Positions 1 through 8,787 of a stretch of 18,024 nt of DNA are shown here, piece by piece. Position numbers and translations under genes: made by a program. The stretch lies in IMG/VR virus record IMGVR_UViG_3300028591_000970; one strand, 5' to 3'. Source of the stretch: a virus. The notes beneath the pieces were generated by a model. That model saw only the letters and a program-made list of their open reading frames with translations, searched no databases and was not told the origin of the DNA. The stretch's first letter is position 1; every line of letters starts with the position of its first letter.

Positions 1-2177
1 ATACCCTGTCCATTAACGATTTGTTCTCCTAACGAACAAAAGACTGCCGCCTGAATAGGATCAAGTTTATCAATCAAAGAATAATAAGCAGTATAAGTAA
101 CACTACTATATTTACATGTACATCTATAAGAAGCAAAACCTTCAACGGTAGAATTATTTACAACTAATGAACTTGCTGTCTGATTTGAAATATCTGTATA
201 TGCACCGTTTTGCCATTTAGACCATACCCAGTTAGTACAAGAAGTTGTTTTATCTGTAGAGCCATCCATTAGACGTGCATAAATAGTAATATTTTGTGAA
301 TCACGGCTAGTAAATACATTACCACCGATTGTATATAATTCAAATAATTTTGCATTAACACCATTGGTTGCCGCTGTACTACGTGTCCAAGTATAATTTT
401 GTGTAATTTGTTTTGTTGCTCCTGATGCTGTTGTTACTGTAAATGTTAAAGGTACTGTTCCTGATGCAGCGCTAACACTTACACTAGTCCCTAATACATA
501 TTTAACATGACCTACCGCACTAGCAGTAGAATCGGTAACAGTTGCTGTTACGCCAAGTAAAGTAGGGGCACTGACCGAACAAGGAACTTGAGTAATACCT
601 TCATAAGCCACAAAAGGAATATCTATAGTAGTTGAAGCTTGAGGTTTATTTGCGGAAGTACATGGAATTACATCTGCATAGTTACCCATAACTACATTAA
701 TCGCATCTGCTCCAGCCTCACCTTCTTCACCTTGTTCGCCTTTTGCACCATCAGAAGTAAATACAATAGTCTGACTATCAAGTAAAGTTTCAAAACTTCC
801 ACTCGCATACAATTCAACAGTCATATAATTAGCTTTAGAAAAAGCTGTTGCCATATTTGTTGATGTAATTACATATTCGCCTTTAGGTTCATCACTAGAA
901 GATTTATATATATTAGTAGAACCCGCTTTAATCCAAAAACGTCCTGTTGTAAAGATAGTCTTTGCAGCACTGCCCGTCTGCTCATATGCTTTAATTGTAA
1001 CGCTAGTAGGGGAATATGCGGCAGCTGTATCACCAGAAGGTGTAGTTTTATTAATCGCTAATGCACTACAATCTAATGAGTGAATTGTAGGTGAGGTACC
1101 ATTCTGTCCTGCTGTAACTTTTACTAAAGAAAAGGTTTTAATAATATTACCGTAACCACTACGTTGACAAGTAAAAGTAACACTACCAGTTGCACTTGAT
1201 ATACCAGTTACTGTAACTGTATCATTAGTTGCTGTTGTTTTAGACCTTGTAATAGTGACGTTTGTTGCGGCAGTTGAAATTGTCCAGTTCGCAGTATCAT
1301 TTATACCACCATTATAAATAATAACTTGAGATTTAGCTTCATCAAAAGCGCCCGCTATAGGATTCCCTTCTGCATCACATGGAATTCTTTGGTTATCATT
1401 TGTAAGGACTGCACTTACTGCCTTATCTCCAGGTGCACCATCATATAATCTTGTAATTGAATGTATATCATATACGTTTGCATCATCAGTAAGAACTTTA
1501 ATAGTTGCAACGTCACTAGTAAATACTGCATCTGTAGATTTTACGGCAAGGGTTGCCGCCTTTAATTGAGTAGCTGATAGATTAGGATAATTAGCCCATG
1601 TTCCATCAGATTTTTTATATTGCCAAGTTGAAATTGAAACATTATTTACAGTAGCAGTAAGAGTAATTGTACTATTAGTAACTAATGTTCCATCTTTATC
1701 ATATTTAAAAACATTTTCACCAGAAATAATACATGTCTTAGCAGAAGATGCTAACTTAACAAGGCTAAACGTAATCTGGCCTTCCGCTTTTAAAGTTTTT
1801 TGTGTTTCTGGCTCTAGATATTCAACAGTAACGATATAAGTTATCATAGAAGAATTTGGTGTAAACTTATTTGCCGTTACTTTTAAATCTCCATTAGTTT
1901 GTAAAGTTTCTCCTGTTGTTAAAGCTGTTGCGGCAGCTGTTCCTTCTCGTCTCGTCCATGTAACGGTAAGACCGTCCGCAGGTGGTTTTAACACAGTTGT
2001 ATTATAATAAATTGATGGAGACAGTGTTAAATTTGTGCTCCCCCAGTTAGGAGTATAACTGTTTTGATCTGGGTCATATATAATTGAAAGTGGCTGATTA
2101 CTTGTAGGATATACAGATAATTGCCCAACGTCAGTAAGGTCTACTAACGTTATTGAACCATATGTAACTTGTGCCAT
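1..2177 (-). CDS. Tail fibre / receptor-binding protein, partial (C-terminus beyond window start). Has a collagen-like G-X-Y stretch and Ig-like repeats. No in-frame TAG in >725 codons.
   Basis: ATG at 2177..2175 with RBS AAAGGAA about 9 nt upstream. Manual translation runs with no stop to position 1: MAQVTYGSITLVDLTDVGQLSVYPTSNQPLSIIYDPDQNSYTPNWGSTNLTLSPS... It contains DGAKGEQGEEGEAGAD, a 5x G-X-Y stretch at about 714..758. Ig-like segments have the pattern ...ASYRCTCKYSSVTYTAYY. The gene is not in the ORF track because it is open at the window edge. Two sampled 60-mers here are about 42 % GC, against 13-18 % for two 60-mers sampled in the recoded genes. Confidence 0.7.
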   Translation of the reverse strand, partial: MAQVTYGSITLVDLTDVGQLSVYPTSNQPLSIIYDPDQNSYTPNWGSTNLTLSPSIYYNTTVLKPPADGLTVTWTRREGTAAATALTTGETLQTNGDLKVTANKFTPNSSMITYIVTVEYLEPETQKTLKAEGQITFSLVKLASSAKTCIISGENVFKYDKDGTLVTNSTITLTATVNNVSISTWQYKKSDGTWANYPNLSATQLKAATLAVKSTDAVFTSDVATIKVLTDDANVYDIHSITRLYDGAPGDKAVSAVLTNDNQRIPCDAEGNPIAGAFDEAKSQVIIYNGGINDTANWTISTAATNVTITRSKTTATNDTVTVTGISSATGSVTFTCQRSGYGNIIKTFSLVKVTAGQNGTSPTIHSLDCSALAINKTTPSGDTAAAYSPTSVTIKAYEQTGSAAKTIFTTGRFWIKAGSTNIYKSSSDEPKGEYVITSTNMATAFSKANYMTVELYASGSFETLLDSQTIVFTSDGAKGEQGEEGEAGADAINVVMGNYADVIPCTSANKPQASTTIDIPFVAYEGITQVPCSVSAPTLLGVTATVTDSTASAVGHVKYVLGTSVSVSAASGTVPLTFTVTTASGATKQITQNYTWTRSTAATNGVNAKLFELYTIGGNVFTSRDSQNITIYARLMDGSTDKTTSCTNWVWSKWQNGAYTDISNQTASSLVVNNSTVEGFASYRCTCKYSSVTYTAYYSLIDKLDPIQAAVFCSLGEQIVNGQG

Positions 2178-2197
2178 AGTTTTTATTCCTTTCTTAA

Positions 2198-3019
2198 TCA
2201 ATCAAAAGAGACTTCACATTTAAATATTGCTTTATTCCATAAATCTGCGGGAGAGATAGTTATTGTTCTCGTATTTAAACGACTCCAATTAGGATCTTCA
2301 TTACCATACTAATCATATTTAATCCAATGAAAATTAGTTACAGTATCACTTATATCTCTATCTCCTTTTTTAACAGTAGCCGTTAAAAGAGTATTAATTC
2401 CCCTATTTTTAAAAATATTTCCCGCACTAGATTCAATCTATACTACTATGGGAGTAGCACCATCTTTTACCTTTTTTAAAACTAAAAAACGTCTGGCTTC
2501 TATCTGTCTATATATAACATGAATCTATATATATGCTTGATCTTCATATAAATCATGTACTATTATTTTATGTAAATTAGCGTTCCAAGAAGCATCAACA
2601 GAATCGGGAAATATAATATCCCATTGTATTCTTTCATCTCCAGTAATATCTTTTCCGCCATAATAAATATAAACATCTGTCTAGCATTTTGTAAAATCTC
2701 CATTCTTACCATCTTCATCGGTAGAAATTATTTGCATATCATTTGATAAACCTATAGCTAAAGCTCTCTATGATTGAACAAGTGCGGTAATTGCACTTAT
2801 ATGTGCACCAAGGTCTGGATAAATAGTTCCATCATATCCAACTCTTGCATCTGAAATCTATTTATCCATTTCCTCAGTATTATTTTCCAAATTATCAATA
2901 ATAAATTGAAGATTATCTCCATTGGTCATAAAAACATTATTACTACCGACCGCAACAGGAATTTTATACCCATACGTTCCATCTTTTTTCTGAACACGTA
3001 TAAATTTTAATTTATCCAT
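2198..3019 (-). CDS. Hypothetical tail or structural protein, 273 codons with 6 in-frame TAG codons (amber-recoded). Terminates at TGA.
   Basis: ATG at 3019..3017 preceded by AAGGAGATATATCTTAA. One frame continues through six TAGs: MDKLKFIRVQKKDGTYGYKIPVAVGSNNVFMTNGDNLQFIIDNLENNTEEMDK*ISDARVGYDGTIYPDLGAHISAITALVQS*RALAIGLS...KYD*YGNEDPNWSRLNTRTITISPADLWNKAIFKCEVSFD. It ends at TGA 2200..2198. The standard-code ORF track shows nothing here. Confidence 0.6.
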
Positions 3020-3106
3020 TTAAGATATATCTCCTTTATTAATTATTTTTATTTTTTCTATATTTATTATAAAATATATAAAACATTTTTACTTTATTTT
3101 GCCCTT

Positions 3107-3403
3107 TTAAGCAGATACTACAAAATCTATAATTACTTCATTAGAAGAATCTTCCTTTACTTTTAATGAAGTAATTTTAACTTCATCTGCTTCATAAATT
3201 TTTGTTTTTCCTATTTTTATTTCTTTATTATTTATTAAAAATATTGTATCTTCAGGAGCAAAGATACCTATTCTTTCAATATGATCTACATCAAAAGCAG
3301 AATAGGTATCTTTTTTATTTATTAGTTCAAAAAGCTCTTGACCTCCAATAAATTTCCCTCCTTCTTGATCTCTTGCTCTTATTTGTCCTTGGTAACCATT
3401 CAT
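3107..3403 (-). CDS. Hypothetical 98-aa protein, no in-frame TAG
   Basis: ORF track: MNGYQGQIRARDQEGGKF... The RBS GAGGGGTG lies 7 nt upstream of ATG 3403..3401. The gene starts 4 nt after the TGA of the upstream gene. Stop is TAA at 3109..3107. Confidence 0.55.
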   Translation of the reverse strand: MNGYQGQIRARDQEGGKFIGGQELFELINKKDTYSAFDVDHIERIGIFAPEDTIFLINNKEIKIGKTKIYEADEVKITSLKVKEDSSNEVIIDFVVSA

Positions 3404-3407
3404 TTAA

Positions 3408-5927
3408 TCACCCCTCAACAATAAAGAATAAACCGTCATCTGAAATTTTATTTAAGTAAGAATTCATTTCAGCTGCTGTACCCATACCGCAATCCATCTA
3501 TCCGCGGGCAGCAGATTCAATCGAGCCTAAAAAGTACCATCCTTTAAAATTACCCTAAGTATTATAACTATAGTCAAAGGCATAAAACTCTTTCTTTACA
3601 TTAGGTACTCCAACAGTAATAATCTTACCTCTTAAATAATCATTATCATCAACACCCTTTGGATACATGGAATTTAATCTTGTAATAATATCAGAAATAG
3701 GTAAATCTGCAAATGAGGTACGTCCCGCTTCCGAATCTTCATATCCAAAATCAGTATGATTTAAATTTAAACCAATTAAAATTCCAGAATCTGTAAATAC
3801 ACTACCTAAATCTAACCAATTAGAATAAGATTTACCATCTCTTGAAGAAATAAGTGAACTAGGATATGATTTTCCTTCTTCACTTATTTTATCTCTTGTT
3901 ATAGTGCTTGTAAATAATACGACTAAATGATGGTCTGAAGTAATTTGTACATCATAAATAGAATCTATAGGAGTATCGCTTTTAAAGATATTCGTATTAT
4001 TTAATGCATCTATCTTTAATATACAATCATCATTAGGGCTAGAATTTTTAAATTCTACTTTAGCAGGATAATTAATAGTAAAAGTATCAGAGTTTTTTCC
4101 AGTATAATTAACAGTAAAAATACCTGTGTCATTATTAAAAGAAACACTAGAAATTAAACTACCTGCTAATTCAAAAGTATCTCTTTCTGGGTCTCCTTGT
4201 TTATTTTTTGTATTATACTAAATAACAAAATAACTCTTTTGTTCTCTTTCGTCTGTCTCAATAGAAGCACTTTTAATACTTCTAAAAACATTAGCAAATG
4301 AAGTCTGCTCTCCTGTATTATAAACAATACGCGTAGAATTACTATCTCTATCGTAACCAATACTATCTATCCATCTTATCTTTTGTATAGGTGTTTCATC
4401 AACAGTACTATTTCCGTTATGTTTAACTTTAACATCTCCATTAGCATCAATCTAAAAATCTGATACCCAAGACATAGGATGATGAACTTGTTCTCCAGTG
4501 TTTAACGTTATAATAAGTTCATTATTCTAAAAATCAATTCTCTATATTGCTTTTAAATATTCTATTTTCTATAAAGAACTTCCATCAGTATAATCTATTC
4601 TTATTGTACCATTATTTGCGATATCAATATTATCTATCAGTTTTAAATTATAAGAAACAATTTCTTTCTGTCCATTAGAATCCTATGTATTAAAATAGAT
4701 TTTCATTTTTGTTCTTATAACACCATCATCATCAGTTTCAGGTCCTATCTAAATATTATCTATTTTTTTAATATAACCTTTTTTATCAAGAGCTGTACCG
4801 TCAGTAAAATCAATATGTATATCACCATTATCCGCAATATCAAAAGTATCTTGCATAATTTGATTTAAAATTCCAACGAAATAAATCTTTTCTGGGTCTT
4901 GAGGATTTTTTTCATATTCATAATTATATAAATCATAAACCATTATTTGAGTATTCGGTTGAATAGTATATGTTAAATTACCAATTTGAAAACTAAATTT
5001 ATCATTTGTTGTTTCTACAACAGTATCATCTGTCTCTAATCCTTCTGTACCATAGAAAAATCTTGATTGTTCTTCACTATAATAATAATAGTTCTGCTCA
5101 TTAATAAAAATTTTTGTATCAGGTAAATCTTGGAATCTAATAACTCTAAGTTTCTTTAAAGCATCTCCTTTCACTCCTTCTGGAATATATATTTTCCATT
5201 TTTCATAAAAGGGATGATACTCTCCTGAGTCAATTCTTTCTGTTTTTGAACTATCTATAACAAATCCTTGCTCATCATAAGGAGAAATTTTCTCTGTGGT
5301 AAAATCTATTACAGGATAAGGAATTTTAAAACCTACATAAGCATCACTCTCATCGTTATTTATATTTTTAATAGATACTGTATACCATTTTATTTCATCA
5401 TTGTATTTAACAGTATCGTTTTCAACATATTTTCCTGGTAATAAATCTTCAGTAGGTAAACTAAAAGTGCCTTCTCGGCTTAAGATACTATATCCTTCTT
5501 GCGCTTCTTTATTCTTTAATTCAGTATAAGGCATCATTGTTAAATGCGGCGCACGTCCAGGAGGACCAACTATAGTTCCAATGTACTATGCACCTCCCGC
5601 ATTTATATTTTGATCAACATCATAATAAGCACTTTGATAATCCTATTCTGTTCCGTTTACAATCTAATCTGTATGAGCGGCATCTCTATATGCTCTATGC
5701 CCAGAGATCGTACGCCCACTACTATAATCATATCCTCTTCTAAAAATTTTTCCATTATCTGGATGACTTTTGTTAACAGTATTTATTAATACATACTAAT
5801 CATATTTTACTTCTGAAAAATTTGGTCCCGCTCTAAAATCATCTACCATAGAAATTATATCGGGATAATTTTTCACAATGACAAAAGGAGTTCCTTTACG
5901 ACCTCCATAAAAACTTCCATAATTCAT
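3408..5927 (-). CDS. Large tail-associated repeat protein, 839 codons with 13 in-frame TAG codons (amber-recoded). It has internal repeats of the type NGxIxIDYTDGxxL.
   Basis: ATG at 5927..5925 preceded by AAGGAGTGAGTTAAG. I translated it codon by codon on the minus strand. One frame (top coordinate = 2 mod 3) stays open from 5927 to TGA at 3410..3408. The only interruptions are TAG at 5798, 5666, 5645, 5588, 4751, 4685, 4571, 4544, 4529, 4454, 4220, 3557 and 3500. N-terminus: MNYGSFYGGRKGTPFVIVKNYPDIISMVDDFRAGPNFSEVKYD*YVLINTVNKSHPDNGKIFRRGYDYSSGRTISGHRAYRDAAHTD*IVNGTE*DYQ... It contains the track ORF 4749..5537 (MMPYTELKNKEAQ...), whose apparent stop is one of these TAGs. C-terminus: ...GNFKGWYFLGSIESAARG*MDCGMGTAAEMNSYLNKISDDGLFFIVEG. 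Confidence 0.65.
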
Positions 5928-5942
5928 CTTAACTCACTCCTT

Positions 5943-6677
5943 TTAGTATTGATAATCTAATATAAAAGAGTCTCCTTCTGAAACTATAAAACCTAAAAAT
6001 GAAACTTTATAACCATTTTTTATTTCATAAATCCCACTAGGCCAAACCCTTATTTCCTATCCATTAATACACATTAGCATACCAGAAGGACCTTGTATAC
6101 CTATTTTTATAAAATTAATAGAAGATGACTCTTGATTTTCAACAGCAATAGAATCTAATATATTATTAATACTATAAAATTCTACTTTTTTTATGATTGC
6201 TACTCTTCCATAAAAATCTTCCTCTTCATGGTATTCTAAATAATCTGCACCAGTTCGTTTCATCTGTAATACTAAATTAGAAAATGTTAAACTTGGATTA
6301 AATATAAGTTCAAGAGTAACATATTTTTCTTCCTATCTAGCATTACCTTCAATAGAAGGTACATAAAAACTTTTTAAAAATTGAGAAGATTTTTCATCCT
6401 AATTTTCATTTTCTAAAAATAATAAAAACTATTGATTAGAATTTCTATTTTTATTATTTTCACTTACTATTACTACAGGTCTTTCTATTTCTATCTTCAC
6501 ATAATAATTAATATTACGATTAAAGAAAGAATCTTTTATACTAAATTTTTTATCTTTAAAATAAATTCTTTCTATTGATGAAGCCTCTGTTATTCTATCT
6601 CCAATCTATATATTTTCTATTTGTGATAGATATGAGAAACTTGAATCACCTCTAAATTGTCCTATTTTATAACTCAT
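5943..6677 (-). CDS. Hypothetical structural protein, 244 codons with 5 in-frame TAG codons (amber-recoded)
   Basis: ATG at 6677..6675 with AAAGGAGATAAAAGGAT upstream. The frame is continuous: MSYKIGQFRGDSSFSYLSQIENI*IGDRITEASSIERIYFKDKKFSIKDSFFNRNINYYVKIEIERPVVIVSENNKNRNSNQ*FLLFLENEN*DEKSSQFLKSFYVPSIEGNAR*EEKYVTLELIFNPSLTFSNLVLQMKRTGADYLEYHEEEDFYGRV...MLMCING*EIRVWPSGIYEIKNGYKVSFLGFIVSEGDSFILDYQY. It ends at TAA 5945..5943. It includes track ORF 6057..6263. Confidence 0.6.
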
Positions 6678-6692
6678 ATCCTTTTATCTCCT

Positions 6693-8768
6693 TTAAATTT
6701 TTTCTGGGACTCTAGTTGCATTAATTGTTAACGTACTAGAATTATCTAAAGCAAAAGACAAACTATTAATTAAATAATCTCCATATATATTACTTTCTGC
6801 ATTTTTTACGGTAATTCTAGTATTAGGCTCAAGATGATAAATAGGTAATGTTTGTAAAGAAATATTCTCATTATATTTAGTATACTAATGTAAAACTTGT
6901 CTTATTTCTTCATAGGCGGAATACCTTGTTCCTCCTATATCAATAGCATCATATAACTAAGGGTCAAATTGATAATATGATTGTCCTCTCGCTATACACT
7001 CTTTTCTTAATTTCTACATTTCACTATTTTTTTCACCCTTTTTTATTAATATTATATCAGGAATCCAAGCCTAAAAAACACAATTAACATTTTTGTCTGC
7101 GTTAAAAACTTGAGACCGTCTTCCAATATTATTAACTGATAATTCTGCAATACTAGCGGACGGTTCATCAATAAAATCTAAAAAGAAATTAATTTGAGTC
7201 GGGTCATTTATTACTTCATCATAAAATTTTTGATTACGTATATCATAAATTAAAGGCCACTAATTATATAATTCTGCAAAATAATAATTACTATCTGTCC
7301 CTAACACATTAGAGACAAGTCCCTGGAAGAATAATTCAGTTCTCCAATCTTTAGTTTCAATTTCCTATAATACCGCATCAATTATAATATAACCGTACTC
7401 TTCATTAGCAATCTATCCCCATTTATAAATATTTTCTCCATCGTAATAAAAAGTGCCGGCCGCACCTTTTTTAGGGAAATTCTATTTTGAATTAAAAGTT
7501 ATAGGATAATACCAGTTCTATATTCCAGTAGATTCATCTGTATATTGAAAAACTTTATATTTATTTCCAGTTTTAGGTTTTTTATCAATAGCTAAATGAT
7601 ACCTTAGCGGCACCTCATACCCTTCCGCAGTTGTACGAATTCCCCACACGACAAAATCATTCTTAATTGCCTAATACTGTGGAGTATTACTGTAATTTAA
7701 TATTAAATTACTATCATTAAATTCAAAAACGGAAGTTCCATTATTTATATCTATTAAATAAGCCTATCTACTATCTCCTGCTATTGAATTAATATAATCT
7801 GGAACTAATTGCCTTTCGTTTGCACTATCTAAAATATATTTAGATTGTGCATTATTTAAATAATTTTTTATCTATCGAAAAACAAAATTCCCATCTAAAT
7901 CATAGAAATACTCATAATTACCTAAAACTTCTTTTATTTTATCTAATATATCCGTAACTGTATTCCCTGCATCTCCTATTAAATCTCCTGGAAAAGTAAA
8001 ATCGGTATATATGTATCCTATATCCTAACCGTACTAAAACATTTCTTTAGGCCAATCTATATCTTCTTTATGCTAGTCTGCATTTAAACTATAATAATAT
8101 TGACTACCGTTTTTATAAACATATAAAGGAACTTGACCCGTCCATTTCATAACTTGTTTTACTCTTGTATCTAAATCTGAAATTATTATTTTTCCTAATT
8201 GCTATCCACCAAAATGATTAACTAGCTATTGAATAATTTGATAGATTGTAGGTCTACTAATAATTTCATTACCATTCTAATCTACAGTAATATAATTATC
8301 AAATACTACTGAAGCGGGAAAGGTACCCCCGCACTCTCCGTTTAATAAACACATTTTATCTTTTAATTGTAGACTAGCTACTAGACCAGAATCAGAGTAA
8401 GAAATAGAGTTACCCATAATAACATAAACACCAAGCGGAAACCAAAGAATAGAACATCCCTAATATTTATCTGTAGTATTATTAAAACCTATTTGAAGAT
8501 TTATTTTTTTATTAATAGATAATAGATTATTAGCACTAGTAATATTATTATTTATATCATCAATATAAACACTTAATGTAGCTGTTCTTCTTATACTACT
8601 GTTTCCATCTATATTAATACTAGCAGAAATTACCCGACCTTCAATATCTTTAATTTCATCTTCTTCCCAATTTAAAACGGTAATTTTAACGAAATATTCT
8701 TTTATATGAAGGCCCGCTAACTATTTTAAAAAGGAGGCATCATTTAAAAATTTTTCTTTTTTAATCAT
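6693..8768 (-). CDS. Large baseplate/tail-hub-like structural protein, 691 codons with about 20 in-frame TAG codons (amber-recoded). Family not determined.
   Basis: ATG at 8768..8766 with AAAAGGAGATTGATATTA upstream. Translation: MIKKEKFLNDASFLK*LAGLHIKEYFVKITVLNWEEDEIKDIEGRVISASINIDGNSSIRRTATLSVYIDDINNNITSANNLLSINKKINLQIGFNNTTDKY*GCSILWFPLGVYVIMGNSISYSDSGLVASLQLKDKMCLLNGECGGTFPASVVFDNYITVD*NGNEIISRP... I checked the last 130 codons codon by codon: ...CVF*AWIPDIILIKKGEKNSEM*KLRKECIARGQSYYQFDP*LYDAIDIGGTRYSAYEEIRQVLH*YTKYNENISLQTLPIYHLEPNTRITVKNAESNIYGDYLINSLSFALDNSSTLTINATRVPEKI. It ends at TAA 6695..6693. I read the middle part by eye, so the TAG count is approximate. Confidence 0.55.
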
Positions 8769-8787
8769 TAATATCAATCTCCTTTTA

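Noticed and set aside
4166-4360. Track ORF (-) 64 aa, MVTIEIVILRVLFIIQ...
   Set aside because: It lies in the wrong frame inside the 839-codon recoded gene 3408..5927. Its low-complexity hydrophobic translation is typical of an off-frame AT-rich sequence.
5544-5789. Track ORF (+) 81 aa, MRRTSRRTNYSSNVLCTS...
   Set aside because: It is antisense to a clearly coding minus-strand frame (..GYDYSSGRTISGHRAYRDAAHTD..). No RBS. Spurious.
2309-5798. Recurring local context K-Y-D-TAG-Y (2309..2311 and 5796..5798) as a possible programmed read-through motif
   Set aside because: Only 2 of about 62 TAG sites share it. The other sites show no common flanking context beyond general A/T richness, so it is probably coincidence.
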